Of a DNA stretch of 64,000 bases, positions 1 through 15,929 are shown piece after piece. The number at the start of each line of letters is the position of its first letter. Within the stretch, counting starts at the first letter, position 1. Source of the DNA: Escherichia coli O127:H6 str. E2348/69 (GTDB lineage Bacteria > Pseudomonadota > Gammaproteobacteria > Enterobacterales > Enterobacteriaceae). The stretch lies in the NCBI RefSeq assembly GCF_000026545.1, contig NC_011601.1. One strand, written 5' to 3'. The notes beneath the pieces were generated by a model. The model saw nothing but the letters and a program-made list of their open reading frames with translations, made no database searches and was not told the origin of the DNA. The position numbers were made by a program, and so were the translations under genes.

Positions 1-126
1 GGCGTCGTCGGCAGCCATTTCATTCAGCACTTTCAAAACGCAGCCCAGCGCGTCCGGAACGTATCCTAAGTCTCCGCTGGCGATTTCCGCGTACCGCTTG
101 CGTATTAACTCACAATATTTTTCCAC
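1..126 (-). CDS. yaeP: UPF0253 protein YaeP, N-terminal 42 codons (3' end lies beyond window start)
   Basis: Reverse-strand translation from GTG at 126 reads [42 protein letters not shown], matching recalled YaeP; truncated by window edge. Confidence 0.5.
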   Translation of the reverse strand, partial: MEKYCELIRKRYAEIASGDLGYVPDALGCVLKVLNEMAADDA

Positions 127-291
127 ATGCCCTCCTGTCAGCACTCTGACTTAACCGTGGATGCAAGTCTAAGCCTACGAAGATAAACTCTGTTTCGCAA
201 GGTGACTATACCACACTCATTTCTGCAATATCAGCGCCGCAACTGCACGTATTCCGTTACAATGGCCTCCTGATTCGAAAGGAGTTTTCTT

Positions 292-837
292 ATGGCGCTT
301 AAAGCGACAATTTATAAAGCGACGGTTAATGTGGCCGATCTCGACCGCAACCAGTTTCTCGATGCCTCTCTGACGCTGGCGCGCCATCCTTCAGAAACCC
401 AGGAGCGCATGATGCTGCGCCTGCTGGCGTGGCTAAAATATGCCGATGAACGTCTGCAATTTACCCGTGGTTTGTGTGCCGATGATGAGCCGGAAGCGTG
501 GCTGCGTAACGATCATTTGGGTATTGATTTGTGGATTGAGCTGGGGCTGCCGGATGAGCGACGGATTAAGAAAGCCTGCACCCAGGCCGCAGAAGTGGCG
601 CTGTTTGCCTATAATAGTCGGGCGGCGCAAATCTGGTGGCAGCAAAATCAGAGCAAATGTGCGCAGTTTGCCAATCTTTCCGTCTGGTATCTGGACGACG
701 AGCAGCTGGCGAAAGTGAGCGCTTTTGCCGATCGTACCATGACGCTGCAGGCAACGATTCAGGATGGCGTGATCTGGTTATCGGATGATAAGAATAATCT
801 GGAAGTGAACTTAACTGCCTGGCAACAACCTTCATGA
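292..837 (+). CDS. yaeQ: YaeQ family protein
   Basis: 181-aa ORF; sequence and position upstream of arfB/nlpE match YaeQ. Confidence 0.85.
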   Translation: MALKATIYKATVNVADLDRNQFLDASLTLARHPSETQERMMLRLLAWLKYADERLQFTRGLCADDEPEAWLRNDHLGIDLWIELGLPDERRIKKACTQAAEVALFAYNSRAAQIWWQQNQSKCAQFANLSVWYLDDEQLAKVSAFADRTMTLQATIQDGVIWLSDDKNNLEVNLTAWQQPS

Positions 838-1256
838 TTGTGATTTCCCGACATGTTGCTATCCCCGATGGTGAGCTTGAGATCACCGCCATTCGTGCGC
901 AGGGCGCGGGCGGGCAGCATGTTAATAAGACCTCAACGGCTATTCATCTGCGTTTTGACATTCGGGCGTCCAGCCTGCCAGAGTATTACAAAGAGCGTCT
1001 GCTCGCCGCCAGCCATCACTTGATCAGCAGTGATGGGGTGATTGTCATTAAGGCACAGGAATACCGCAATCAGGAGCTCAACCGCGAAGCGGCGCTGGCC
1101 CGGCTGGTGGCAGTGATTAAAGATTTAACAACAGAACAAAAAGCCCGACGACCCACGCGGCCCACCCGCGCATCAAAAGAGCGCAGGCTGGCATCGAAAG
1201 CACAAAAATCAAGCGTGAAGGCGATGCGCGGCAAAGTGCGCAGCGGTCGGGAATAA
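834..1256 (+). CDS. arfB: Alternative ribosome-rescue factor ArfB (peptidyl-tRNA hydrolase, GGQ motif)
   Basis: 140-aa ORF with [19 protein letters not shown] motif and basic C-terminal tail; start overlaps yaeQ stop. Confidence 0.85.
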   Translation: MIVISRHVAIPDGELEITAIRAQGAGGQHVNKTSTAIHLRFDIRASSLPEYYKERLLAASHHLISSDGVIVIKAQEYRNQELNREAALARLVAVIKDLTTEQKARRPTRPTRASKERRLASKAQKSSVKAMRGKVRSGRE

Positions 1257-1269
1257 AAAGAAGGAATGG

Positions 1270-1980
1270 ATGGTGAAAAAAGCGATAGTGACAGCGATGG
1301 CTGTAATCAGCCTCTTTACTCTGATGGGATGTAATAATCGGGCCGAAGTCGATACGCTTTCTCCGGCACAGGCTGCCGAACTGAAACCGATGCCGCAAAG
1401 TTGGCGCGGCGTGCTGCCGTGTGCTGATTGCGAAGGAATCGAAACCTCTCTGTTCCTCGAAAAAGACGGAACCTGGGTGATGAATGAGCGTTATCTGGGG
1501 GCTCGTGAAGAACCTTCCTCCTTCGCTTCCTACGGTACATGGGCGCGAACCGCTGACAAGCTGGTATTAACCGATAGCAAAGGTGAAAAGTCATATTATC
1601 GCGCGAAAGGAGATGCGCTGGAGATGCTCGATCGTGAAGGTAATCCGATTGAATCGCAGTTCAACTATACGCTGGAACCGGCACAATCCAGCTTACCCAT
1701 GACACCGATGACCCTGCGGGGCATGTATTTTTATATGGCTGATGCGGCGACCTTCACTGATTGCGCGACCGGAAAACGTTTCATGGTGGCGAATAACGCA
1801 GAGCTGGAGCGTGGCTACCTGGCTGCGCGCGGTAACAGTGAAAAACCGGTATTACTGTCAGTAGAAGGTCACTTTACGCTTGAGGCTAATCCGGATACCG
1901 GTGCGCCGACCAAAGTATTAGCGCCCGATACGGCAGGTAAATTTTACCCAAACCAGGATTGCAGTAGTTTGGGGCTGTAA
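1270..1980 (+). CDS. nlpE: Outer-membrane lipoprotein NlpE (CutF)
   Basis: 236-aa ORF with lipoprotein signal (LMGC lipobox) and CxxC motif; synteny. Confidence 0.85.
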   Translation: MVKKAIVTAMAVISLFTLMGCNNRAEVDTLSPAQAAELKPMPQSWRGVLPCADCEGIETSLFLEKDGTWVMNERYLGAREEPSSFASYGTWARTADKLVLTDSKGEKSYYRAKGDALEMLDREGNPIESQFNYTLEPAQSSLPMTPMTLRGMYFYMADAATFTDCATGKRFMVANNAELERGYLAARGNSEKPVLLSVEGHFTLEANPDTGAPTKVLAPDTAGKFYPNQDCSSLGL

Positions 1981-2075
1981 CCCGTCTTGAGACAGAAACA
2001 AATGAAATATTGCCTCATGCGCTGCGCTTATCAGTCCTAAAGCATACAATGCAATATTTTGAATTAGCACGATTT

Positions 2076-2112
2076 TGTAGGCCGGATAAGGCGTTCACGC
2101 CGCATCCGGCAT
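2076..2112. repeat. REP (repetitive extragenic palindromic) element
   Basis: tgtaggccggataaggcgttcacgccgcatccggca palindromic unit downstream of nlpE. Confidence 0.7.
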
Positions 2113-2135
2113 TTTGCGCACGAGGCTGGCTTTTA

Positions 2136-2960
2136 TCACTGAGTCAGTCCAACAAAGCGACTTGCTTTAATATAAATCCCTGGCTTCAGGTGCCCAATAT
2201 ACTGTAACTGCGTTTCTGGTTTAAATGCAGAGACATCACCACTACGCATATGCATCAGATCGGCAGGGCTAATCCAGCCTGATTGCGCCAGCGTAAGCGG
2301 ATGCCCGGCTTTGGCAAATGCATCAGTGACAAATTCCGAACAAAACCACGACTTTTTGTCTCCTTCGCCCACACTGCTTAACTGCGCTTTCGCCAGGCCG
2401 CTGACGCACTGTTGACGAAAATCCTCGGAGAACGGATTTAGTGAGCACATCTGGCGAGTCACCATAAATGGAATAAATTCGACAATGCCGCGATAGTTGT
2501 AACCGCTATCTTTAATTTTGTTGGTGAACGCGGTGATTTCTGTGGCTTGTTGCGGGGTAAGATCCGGGACTCGTAAGACGAAAAGCTTATCACTATGCTT
2601 TATGGCTTTTTTAAGGGAAACAATCTGGACGCCAGCGCCTGTCGCTTCGGCAACGTTGTTATCTCCCAAATAGATTGCAACGTGACTCACAGAGGAAGTG
2701 CTGAATACGCGGATACCAAATGAGGTTACCCCAAGGCTTGAGGAGAAAAGCAAATCGCCGGGTTTGAGATCTGGTTCCGTTATTTCTTTTATTGATTGTT
2801 CGGTGAAAGAGCTTTGATGCTGGAATTTAACAGCCCATGTTTTCGCCTCGGCATTTACCACTGTGGCTGATGAGTCTGGCTGGCTGATATCAACGGTACA
2901 GGCCGAAAGTAAAAGAAAGCAGGGGAGAAGCAGGCGGCAGTACGCCTTTGGTTTATCCAT
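2136..2960 (-). CDS. yaeF: YaeF/YiiX-family permuted papain-like lipoprotein
   Basis: ORF on minus strand; probable start MDKPKAYCRLLLPCFLLLSAC (lipobox); synteny between nlpE and proS. Confidence 0.8.
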   Translation of the reverse strand: MDKPKAYCRLLLPCFLLLSACTVDISQPDSSATVVNAEAKTWAVKFQHQSSFTEQSIKEITEPDLKPGDLLFSSSLGVTSFGIRVFSTSSVSHVAIYLGDNNVAEATGAGVQIVSLKKAIKHSDKLFVLRVPDLTPQQATEITAFTNKIKDSGYNYRGIVEFIPFMVTRQMCSLNPFSEDFRQQCVSGLAKAQLSSVGEGDKKSWFCSEFVTDAFAKAGHPLTLAQSGWISPADLMHMRSGDVSAFKPETQLQYIGHLKPGIYIKASRFVGLTQ

Positions 2961-2977
2961 TTTATACAATCCATGTA

Positions 2978-3008
2978 AAAAAGGGCCCCGAAATTCAGGA
3001 CCCTTTCT
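2978..3008 (-). terminator. Probable rho-independent terminator downstream of proS
   Basis: On minus strand AAGGGTCC-loop-GGGCCCTT stem followed by T-run. Confidence 0.5.
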
Positions 3009-3012
3009 GGCA

Positions 3013-4731
3013 TCAGCCTTTAATCTGTTTCACCAGATAATCGACGATGTCACCAGTCTTAATTAACTGTTTCTCGCCGTTACGACGATATTTATATTCG
3101 ATATCATCGTTGTCGAGGTTACGGTCGCCCAGCACAATAGTGTGCGGAATACCGATCAGTTCCATATCAGCAAACATCACGCCCGGACGCTCTTTGCGGT
3201 CATCCAGCAGCACTTCGATACCTTGTGCGCGCAGTTCGCTGTACAGTTTCTCAGCAAGTTCCTGTACGCGGAAGGATTTGTGCATGTTCATTGGCAGAAT
3301 CGCCACCTGGAACGGCGCGATAGCGTCAGGCCATACGATGCCGCGTTCGTCGTAGTTCTGCTCAATCGCCGCAGCTACCACACGCGTTACGCCGATACCG
3401 TAGCAACCCATCGTCAGGATTTGGTTACGGCCATCTTCACCCTGTACGGAGGCTTTCAGTGCTTCGGAGTACTTGGTACCCAGCTGGAAGATGTGACCGA
3501 CTTCGATACCACGTTTGATCAGCAGCGTACCCTGACCATCCGGGCTTGGATCGCCAGCCACCACGTTGCGGATATCAGCAATTTCCGGGGTAGCGACATC
3601 GCGATCCCAGTTGATACCGAAGTAGTGTTTACCATCGATGTTAGCACCAGCAGCGAAATCACTCATCGCCGCAACGGTACGGTCAATCACCACCGGAATC
3701 GGCATGTTTACCGGACCCAGTGAACCCGGACCGGCTTTAACCACGGCACGAATTTCTTCTTCGGTCGCAAAAGTCAGCGGGCTGGCAACCTGCGGCAGTT
3801 TTTCTGCTTTAACTTCGTTCAGCTCGTGGTCACCGCGCACCAGTAGCGCAACCAGCGGGAAGCTACTGCCTTCAACCGCTTTAACCAGCAGAGTCTTAAC
3901 CGTTTTCTCAATCGGCAGATTGAACTGTTCAACCAGTTCCGCGATGGTTTTCGCGTTCGGCGTATCAACCAGCGTCATTTCCTGGGTAGCAGCAGCGCGC
4001 GGTTCTTTCGGCGCGATAGCTTCTGCCAGTTCAATGTTCGCTGCATAGTCAGAAGTATCGGAGAAGACCACATCGTCTTCTCCGCTCTGCGCCAGCACCT
4101 GAAATTCGTGAGAGGCGCTACCGCCGATAGAACCGGTATCGGCCTGTACGGCGCGGAAATCCAGCCCCATGCGGCTGAAGATTTTGCTGTAGGCCGCATA
4201 CATTGCATCGTAGGTTTCCTGCAGGGATTCCTGAGAAGTATGGAAAGAGTAAGCATCTTTCATCAGGAATTCGCGGGAACGCATGACGCCGAAACGCGGA
4301 CGCACTTCGTCGCGGAACTTGGTCTGGATCTGATAGAAGTTCAGCGGCAGCTGTTTGTAAGAGCTCAGCTCGTTACGAATCAGGTCTGTAATCACTTCTT
4401 CATGAGTTGGGCCGAGTACGAACGGACGGTCACCACGGTCAGCAATACGCAGCAATTCCGGGCCATACTGTTCCCAACGACCACTCTCTTGCCACAGTTC
4501 AGATGGCTGAACCACCGGCATTAACACCTCGATCGCACCGGCGTTGTTCATCTCTTCACGCACGATGTTTTCGACTTTTTTCAGAACGCGCACGCCGGTC
4601 GGCAGCCAGGTATATAACCCGGAGGCCAGCTTGCGGATCATCCCGGCGCGCAGCATCAGCTGATGGCTGATCACCTCGGCGTCGGCAGGTGTCTCCTTGA
4701 GAGTGGAGAGCAGGTATTGGCTAGTACGCAT
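3013..4731 (-). CDS. proS: Proline--tRNA ligase
   Basis: Track ORF 3013..4785; likely true start [20 protein letters not shown] at 4731 giving 572 aa; class II aaRS motifs. Confidence 0.9.
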
Positions 4732-4841
4732 GTTGTTACGGTTCCAGTTGGAAGGTAGAACAGGCTCAAGGCGAGCCTGGGACAAAAAAAGTGATTTAGT
4801 TTACCAGTGCAAAAGAAATGTCAAAAGAGAAGGGCGTGAAT

Positions 4842-5549
4842 TTAACGCGGTTCCAGCGCAAAGACTTCAAAACCTGCGTCGGTGACGCGCCAGCGAACGT
4901 TAAAATCATGCAGCCAGACGGCATAGGTTTTGCCCGTTTCCTCACCTTTACGATAGGCCGGGCGCGGGTCCTGCGCCAGTACTTCGCGGATAAACAGCGT
5001 TAACTGCGGATAACGCTTCTCCAGCGTCAAAAGCTGCTTTTCGACCTCTGCGGTAAAACACACCGCCATTTCTGCCGCTGGCGCACTTTGCGCATAGCTG
5101 GCACTGGCATCGGGAAGCGATTCAGCAAAGGGGAGATACGGTTTGATATCCACTACCGGCGTACCATCGACCAGATCCAGACTGCCGAGCTTCAGAATCA
5201 CGCTGTCTTTATGGCAAACAACCTCTTTCAGCTCTACCAGCGACATACCAATCGGGTTAGGGCGAAAAGTGGAGCGCGTAGCGAAAACACCCATTCTGGC
5301 ATTACCGCCGAGACGAGGCGGACGCACAGTCGGACGCCAGCCGCCTTCCATCGTTTGATGAAAGACGAAAAGGATCCATAAATGGCTGAATGCTTCCAGG
5401 CCGCGAACGGCGTCGGCCTGGTTGTAGGGAGCAATGAGATGTAGTTCGCCGTTGGCGCTTTTTACCAGACCTGGCTGGCGCGGAACGGCGAATTTTTCTT
5501 TATAGGGCGAGCGAATAACGCCTATTTGCTCGAACTGGAAACTGCTCAT
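4842..5549 (-). CDS. tsaA: tRNA (adenine37-N6)-methyltransferase TsaA (YaeB)
   Basis: 235-aa ORF; sequence and synteny with proS/rcsF. Confidence 0.85.
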   Translation of the reverse strand: MSSFQFEQIGVIRSPYKEKFAVPRQPGLVKSANGELHLIAPYNQADAVRGLEAFSHLWILFVFHQTMEGGWRPTVRPPRLGGNARMGVFATRSTFRPNPIGMSLVELKEVVCHKDSVILKLGSLDLVDGTPVVDIKPYLPFAESLPDASASYAQSAPAAEMAVCFTAEVEKQLLTLEKRYPQLTLFIREVLAQDPRPAYRKGEETGKTYAVWLHDFNVRWRVTDAGFEVFALEPR

Positions 5550-5950
5550 TTCGCCGTGATGTTAAGCGCAGAACCGATACATACAGCCTGACGATAGCAA
5601 CCTGGCGTACCGCTGGTGACTTCGCAGCTATGCAGTAATACCGCATTGGCTTTCATTTTCGAGGCGTTGATTTGCATCCGCTTACGTGCGGTTGGAATGC
5701 TCGGCGGAGAGTCCTGATTAGAGGCCTGGCAAGAGTCGCCACTGACTTCACCGAGATCGCGGAACGGTTTGCCGACTAATTCTTCTGCATTGGTATAAAT
5801 TCGGACCGGCGTGGCGCGCGGCGCTTTCGGTTTTGCAGGCTCCGCTTTCGGCTGGGGTGCAGTGCTTTGAACGGGTTCGACAGGGGATCTGCTTAACATG
5901 GAACAGCCGCTTAGCATGAGTGCTACTAAACAGATCGGTAAAGCACGCAT
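5546..5950 (-). CDS. rcsF: Outer-membrane lipoprotein RcsF (Rcs phosphorelay sensor)
   Basis: 134-aa ORF with lipoprotein signal (LSGC) and Pro-rich linker; overlaps tsaA start. Confidence 0.85.
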   Translation of the reverse strand: MRALPICLVALMLSGCSMLSRSPVEPVQSTAPQPKAEPAKPKAPRATPVRIYTNAEELVGKPFRDLGEVSGDSCQASNQDSPPSIPTARKRMQINASKMKANAVLLHSCEVTSGTPGCYRQAVCIGSALNITAK

Positions 5951-6067
5951 AGTATTTCCTCAATGTATGATCAAAACGTCAATATTGAATCAGGCGCTTG
6001 TAAAAATGACAAGACGGGCAAGCGCCCGTCCTGAATGATATTACAAATTGTGGAAACAGCCTAAATA

Positions 6068-6883
6068 TTACCAGCCTTTAACAGCGCCGCCGTTAAACAC
6101 TTTGTTTGCTGCTTCGTAAACTTCGTCAGACTGATAAGCCTGAACGAATTTCTTCACGTTTTCGGCGTCTTTGTTGTCTTCACGCGTTACGATCAGGTTT
6201 ACGTACGGGGACTCTTTATCTTCGACAAAGATACCGTCTTTCGCTGGAGTCAGGCCAATCTGGCTGGCATAGGTGGTATTGATAACTGCCAGAGCGATTT
6301 GCGCGTCGTCCAGAGAGCGCGGCAGCTGCGGTGCTTCCAGTTCAACAATTTTCAGATTTTTTGGGTTCTCAACAACATCAAGAACGGTCGGCAGCAGGCC
6401 AACGCCATCTTTCAGTTTGATCAAGCCCACTTTTTGCAGCAGCAGCAGTGAACGACCAAGGTTAGTTGGGTCGTTTGGCACGGCAACCTGCGAACCATCC
6501 TGCAGTTCATCCAGTGATTTGATTTTCTTGGAGTAACCAGCAATCGGATAAACAAATGTGTTGCCTACTGCGACCAGTTTGTAGCCACGATCTTTCAGTT
6601 GCTGATCAAGGTACGGTTTATGCTGGAAGGCGTTGGCGTCGATATCGCCTTTGCTCAATGCTTCGTTTGGCAGAACATAGTCGTTGAAGGTTACCAGCTC
6701 AACGTCCAGGCCATATTTGTCTTTCGCAACTTTCTGCGCGACTTCTGCAACCTGCTGTTCGGCACCAACAATCACGCCGACTTTAATGTGGTTTGGATCT
6801 TTTTCATCCTGACCGCAGCCTACCAGTGCCAGTGATCCAATCAGGGCTCCCACTGCCGCAAAGGTTTTGAATTTGAACGCCAT
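6068..6883 (-). CDS. metQ: D-methionine ABC transporter substrate-binding lipoprotein MetQ
   Basis: 271-aa ORF with lipobox LVGC; NlpA-family; metNIQ operon order. Confidence 0.9.
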   Translation of the reverse strand: MAFKFKTFAAVGALIGSLALVGCGQDEKDPNHIKVGVIVGAEQQVAEVAQKVAKDKYGLDVELVTFNDYVLPNEALSKGDIDANAFQHKPYLDQQLKDRGYKLVAVGNTFVYPIAGYSKKIKSLDELQDGSQVAVPNDPTNLGRSLLLLQKVGLIKLKDGVGLLPTVLDVVENPKNLKIVELEAPQLPRSLDDAQIALAVINTTYASQIGLTPAKDGIFVEDKESPYVNLIVTREDNKDAENVKKFVQAYQSDEVYEAANKVFNGGAVKGW

Positions 6884-6922
6884 ACCTTATTCCTTCTTCA
6901 ATTATTTATGTTGTGTTGAACG

Positions 6923-7576
6923 TTACTTGCGAGTGACAGCCCGGACGATGCGGTCGCCTGCGAACTGAATTAAATAAACCAGAATGACCAGCAATACCAG
7001 TACCGTATTCATCACCGTCGCGTTGTAGCCGATGTAGCCATACTGATAGCCAATCTGACCTAAACCACCGGCACCGACTGCACCACCCATCGCGGAATAA
7101 CCGACCAGGGTAATCAGGGTAATAGTTGCCGCATTCACCAGACCCGGCAACGCTTCCGGTAACAGCACTTTACGGACGATCTGCATTGGCGTGGCACCCA
7201 TTGCGCGGGAGGCTTCAATTAACCCGGTTGGGATCTCCAGAAGAGCGTTCTCGACCATACGGGCAATAAACGGTGCTGCACCAACGGTTAACGGAACAAT
7301 CGCTGCCTGCAATCCAATCGATGTACCGACAATAACGCGGGTAAACGGAATCATCCATACCAGCAAGATAATGAACGGGATGGAACGGAAAATGTTCACA
7401 ATCGCAGAAATGGTACGATACAACTTCGCGTTAGCAATAATTTGCCCCGGACGCGTGACATAAAGCAGAACGCCAACCGGCAGACCAATCACAAAGCCAA
7501 AAAAACCGGATACGAAGGTCATTGCCAGCGTTTCCCATACGCCACGAACCAGCAGCCACATCATCGGCTCAGACAT
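6923..7576 (-). CDS. metI: D-methionine ABC transporter permease MetI
   Basis: 217-aa hydrophobic ORF, ABC permease; synteny. Confidence 0.9.
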
Positions 7577-8600
7577 AACCCAGTACCTCTACTTTTACAT
7601 GGTGTTCCTGCAGCCAGGCAATGGCGGCTTGCGTATCTTGTTGTGTGCCGTGCATTTCAGTCAGCATGATGCCGAACTTAACGCCACCGGCGTAATCCAT
7701 CTGCGCGCTAATAATGTTGTTGTTGACGTTGAAACGACGCGCGGTTTCAGAAAGCAGTGGGGCATCGACCGATTGACCGGTAAACTCCAGACGCAGCATC
7801 GGCACGCAGTCAGTAAATGGCTCCGCTTGCAGACGTTCCTGGTAATCTTCCGGGATATCCAGATGCAGGGTCGACTGAATAAACTTCTGCGCCAGCGGCG
7901 TTTTCGGATGCGAGAACACTTCACTTACCGTGTCCTGCTCGATCAGTTCGCCATTGCTGATGACCGCCACGCAATCACAAATGCGCTTCACAACGTCCAT
8001 TTCGTGAGTGATCAACAGAATCGTCAAACCCAGACGGCGGTTGATGTCTTTCAGCAGTTCGAGAATAGAACGTGTCGTTGCCGGGTCCAGCGCGCTGGTG
8101 GCTTCATCACACAGCAATACTTTGGGATTGCTGGCTAATGCACGGGCAATCGCCACACGTTGTTTCTGCCCACCGGAAAGATTCGACGGGTAGCTATCAT
8201 GCTTATCGCCAAGACCAACCAATGACAGCAATTCCGTCACGCGACGTTTGATCTCGTCTTTCGGTGTGTTGTCCAGCTCCAGCGGCAGAGCCACGTTGCC
8301 AAAAACAGTACGCGAAGAGAGCAGGTTAAAATGCTGGAAAATCATACCAATCTGGCGACGAGCTTTGGTCAACTCGGATTCTGACAGCGTGGTCAGTTCC
8401 TGGCCATCGACCAGCACGCTACCCTCGGTTGGGCGCTCCAGCAGGTTTACACAACGTATAAGCGTACTCTTACCCGCGCCTGAGGCACCGATAACGCCAT
8501 AAATTTGTCCAGCTGGCACATGCAGGCTGACGTTGTTCAACGCCTGGATGGTGCGGGTGCCCTGGTGGAACACTTTGGTGATATTCGAAAGTTTTATCAT
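7569..8600 (-). CDS. metN: D-methionine ABC transporter ATP-binding protein MetN
   Basis: 343-aa ORF with Walker [10 protein letters not shown], signature LSGGQKQR, C-terminal NIL domain. Confidence 0.9.
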
Positions 8601-8690
8601 TGATTATTTATTATCGTCATTAAGTTAGTCGTGGCATTTCGAATGCCTGGAACGGGCAACGCCGTCAATGAAATGGATGTTAAGGCATCC

Positions 8691-8698
8691 AGACGTCT
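8691..8698. promoter_or_regulatory. Candidate MetJ met-box (AGACGTCT) upstream of metN
   Basis: Perfect AGACGTCT octamer about 90 bp upstream of metN start in the metN/gmhB divergent region. Confidence 0.4.
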
Positions 8699-8787
8699 AA
8701 ATCAATCAGGTTTATGCGAAGAGCACTTTCTTGCAGGTCGAAACATGCGATACTAGCGTCACATGCCTTATTAAGGAGCTATAAAAG

Positions 8788-9360
8788 GTGGCGAAGAGCG
8801 TACCCGCAATTTTTCTTGACCGTGATGGCACCATTAATGTCGATCACGGTTATGTCCATGAGATCGACAACTTTGAATTTATCGACGGTGTTATTGACGC
8901 CATGCGCGAGCTAAAAAAAATGGGCTTTGCGCTGGTGGTAGTAACCAACCAGTCTGGCATTGCTCGCGGTAAATTTACTGAAGCACAGTTTGAAACGCTG
9001 ACCGAGTGGATGGACTGGTCGCTGGCGGACCGCGATGTCGATCTGGATGGTATCTATTATTGCCCGCATCATCCGCAGGGTAGTGTTGAAGAGTTTCGCC
9101 AGGTCTGCGACTGCCGCAAACCACATCCGGGGATGTTTTTGTCAGCACGCGATTATTTGCATATTGATATGGCCGCTTCTTATATGGTGGGCGATAAATT
9201 AGAAGATATGCAGGCAGCGGCTGCGGCGAGCGTGGGAACAAAAGTGCTGGTGCGTACGGGTAAACCTATTACGCCTGAAGCAGAAAACGCGGCAGATTGG
9301 GTGTTAAATAGCCTGGCAGACCTTCCGCAAGCGATAAAAAAGCAGCAAAAACCGGCGTAA
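8788..9360 (+). CDS. gmhB: D-glycero-beta-D-manno-heptose-1,7-bisphosphate 7-phosphatase GmhB
   Basis: 190-aa ORF from GTG; HAD motif FLDRDGTIN; immediately upstream of rrn operon. Confidence 0.85.
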   Translation: MAKSVPAIFLDRDGTINVDHGYVHEIDNFEFIDGVIDAMRELKKMGFALVVVTNQSGIARGKFTEAQFETLTEWMDWSLADRDVDLDGIYYCPHHPQGSVEEFRQVCDCRKPHPGMFLSARDYLHIDMAASYMVGDKLEDMQAAAAASVGTKVLVRTGKPITPEAENAADWVLNSLADLPQAIKKQQKPA

Positions 9361-9403
9361 TGATTAAAAGATGAGCGGTTGAAATGAAAATGCATTTTTC
9401 CGC

Positions 9404-9431
9404 TTGTCTTCCTGAGACGACTCCCTATAAT
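9404..9431 (+). promoter_or_regulatory. rrn P1 promoter (-35 TTGTCT, 16-bp spacer, -10 TATAAT)
   Basis: cttgtcttcctgagacgactccctataatgcgcc closely resembles rrn P1 core promoters with GC-rich discriminator. Confidence 0.6.
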
Positions 9432-9513
9432 GCGCCTCCATCGACACGGCGGATGTGAATCACTTCACACAAACAGCCGGTTCGGTTGAAGAGAAAAATC
9501 CTGAAATTCAGGG

Positions 9514-9541
9514 TTGACTCTGAAAGAGGAAAGCGTAATAT
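9514..9541 (+). promoter_or_regulatory. rrn P2 promoter candidate (-35 TTGACT, -10 TAATAT)
   Basis: ttgactctgaaagaggaaagcgtaatat about 110 bp downstream of P1. Confidence 0.5.
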
Positions 9542-9582
9542 ACGCCACCTCGCGACAGTGAGCTGAAAGCCCCGTCGCAACT

Positions 9583-9595
9583 GCTCTTTAACAAT
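9583..9595 (+). promoter_or_regulatory. boxA antitermination element in rrn leader
   Basis: TGCTCTTTAACAA matches boxA consensus in 16S leader. Confidence 0.6.
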
Positions 9596-9725
9596 TTATC
9601 AGACAATCTGTGTGGGCACTCGAAGATACGGATTCTTAACGTCGCAAGACGAAAAATGAATACCAAGTCTCAGGAGTGAACACGTAATTCATTACGAAGT
9701 TTAATTCTTTGAGCATCAAACTTTT

Positions 9726-11267
<1,542 letters not shown>

Positions 11268-11335
11268 CCTTAAAGAAGCGTACTTTGAAGTGCTCACACA
11301 GATTGTCTGATGAAAATGAGCAGTAAAACCTCTAC

Positions 11336-11412
<77 letters not shown>

Positions 11413-11454
11413 AATTTGCACCGCAAATTTGAAGAGGTTTTAACTACATGTTAT

Positions 11455-11530
11455 GGGGCTATAGCTCAGCTGGGAGAGCGCCTGCTTTGCACGCAGGAGG
11501 TCTGCGGTTCGATCCCGCATAGCTCCACCA
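11455..11530 (+). tRNA. alaV: tRNA-Ala (TGC anticodon)
   Basis: GGGGCTATAGCTCAGCTGGGAGAGCGCCTGCTTTGCACGCAGGAGGTCTGCGGTTCGATCCCGCATAGCTCCACCA in spacer. Confidence 0.95.
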
Positions 11531-11713
11531 TCTCTGTAGTGATTAAATAAAAAATACTTCAGAGTGTACCTGCAAAGGTTCACTGCGAAGTTTTGCTCTT
11601 TAAAAATCTGGATCAAGCTGAAAATTGAAACACTGAACAACGAGAGTTGTTCGTGAGTCTCTCAAATTTTCGCAACACGATGATGGATCGCAAGAAACAT
11701 CTTCGGGTTGTGA

Positions 11714-14617
<2,904 letters not shown>

Positions 14618-14715
14618 ACAACGCCGAAGATGTTTTGGCGGATTGAGAGAAGATTTTCAGCCTGATACAGATTAAATCGACAGGTCATAACGTGACGTGT
14701 TGATAAAACAGAATT

Positions 14716-14835
14716 TGCCTGGCGGCCTTAGCGCGGTGGTCCCACCTGACCCCATGCCGAACTCAGAAGTGAAACGCCGTAGCGCCGATGGTAGTGTGGG
14801 GTCTCCCCATGCGAGAGTAGGGAACTGCCAGGCAT
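14716..14835 (+). rRNA. rrfH: 5S ribosomal RNA
   Basis: TGCCTGGCGGCC...GGAACTGCCAGGCAT, 120 nt. Confidence 0.95.
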
Positions 14836-14887
14836 CAAATTAAGCAGTAAGCCGGTCATAAAACCGGTGGTTGTAAAAGAATTCGGT

Positions 14888-14964
14888 GGAGCGGTAGTTC
14901 AGTCGGTTAGAATACCTGCCTGTCACGCAGGGGGTCGCGGGTTCGAATCCCGTCCGTTCCGCCA
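14888..14964 (+). tRNA. aspU: tRNA-Asp (GTC anticodon), distal gene of rrn operon
   Basis: GGAGCGGTAGTTCAGTCGGTTAGAATACCTGCCTGTCACGCAGGGGGTCGCGGGTTCGAATCCCGTCCGTTCCGCCA. Confidence 0.95.
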
Positions 14965-14975
14965 CTTATTAAGAA

Positions 14976-15003
14976 GCCTCGAGTTAACGCTCGAGGTTTT
15001 TTT
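14976..15003 (+). terminator. Rho-independent terminator of rrn operon
   Basis: GCCTCGAG-ttaacg-CTCGAGG hairpin followed by TTTTTTT. Confidence 0.75.
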
Positions 15004-15125
15004 CGTTTGTATTTCTATTATTGCCAAAATCGCAAAAATCCTCTGCGTTTTACGCCATTTTTCCACAACAGTCTGAAGCCCATAATCACCTCAGTTAACG
15101 AAAATAGCATTAAAAGAGGCATATT

Positions 15126-15929
15126 ATGGCTATCCCTGCATTTGGTTTAGGTACTTTCCGTCTGAAAGACGACGTTGTTATTTCATCTGTGAAAACGGCG
15201 CTTGAACTTGATTATCGCGCAATTGATACCGCACAAATCTATGATAACGAAGCCGCAGTAGGTCAGGCGATTGCAGAAAGTGGCGTGCCGCGTCATGAAC
15301 TCTACATCACCACTAAAATCTGGATTGAAAATCTCAACAAAGCTAAATTGATCCCGAGTCTGAAAGAGAGCCTGCAAAAATTGCGTACCGATTATGTTGA
15401 TCTGACGCTAATCCACTGGCCGTCACCAAACGATGAAGTCTCTGTTGAAGAGTTTATGCAGGCGCTGCTGGAAGCCAAAAAAGAAGGGTTGACGCGTGAG
15501 ATCGGTATTTCCAACTTCACGATCCCATTGATGGAAAAAGCGATTGCTGCTGTTGGCGCTGAAAACATCGCTACTAACCAGATTGAACTCTCTCCTTATC
15601 TGCAAAACCGTAAAGTGGTCGCTTGGGCTAAACAGCACGGTATCCATATTACTTCCTATATGACTCTGGCGTATGGCAATGCACTGAAAGATAAGGTTAT
15701 TGCTCGTATTGCAGCTAAACACAATGCGACTCCGGCTCAAGTGATTCTGGCGTGGGCTATGGGGGAAGGTTACTCAGTAATTCCTTCTTCTACTAAACGT
15801 GAAAACCTGGAGAGTAATCTTAAGGCACAAAATTTACAGCTTGATGCCGAAGATAAAAAAGCGATCGCCGCACTGGATTGCAACGACCGCCTGGTTAGCC
15901 CGGAAGGTCTGGCTCCTGAATGGGATTAA
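15126..15929 (+). CDS. dkgB: 2,5-diketo-D-gluconate reductase B (aldo-keto reductase)
   Basis: 267-aa ORF; AKR family motifs; synteny after rrnH. Confidence 0.9.
   Translation: MAIPAFGLGTFRLKDDVVISSVKTALELDYRAIDTAQIYDNEAAVGQAIAESGVPRHELYITTKIWIENLNKAKLIPSLKESLQKLRTDYVDLTLIHWPSPNDEVSVEEFMQALLEAKKEGLTREIGISNFTIPLMEKAIAAVGAENIATNQIELSPYLQNRKVVAWAKQHGIHITSYMTLAYGNALKDKVIARIAAKHNATPAQVILAWAMGEGYSVIPSSTKRENLESNLKAQNLQLDAEDKKAIAALDCNDRLVSPEGLAPEWD

Noticed and set aside
3047-4670. Antisense and out-of-frame ORFs overlapping proS (for example 3142..3723 and 3638..4048); similar cases inside fadE, metN, the ecp genes and others
   Set aside because: They fully overlap long, well-supported genes on the opposite strand or another frame, have low-complexity composition and no motifs.
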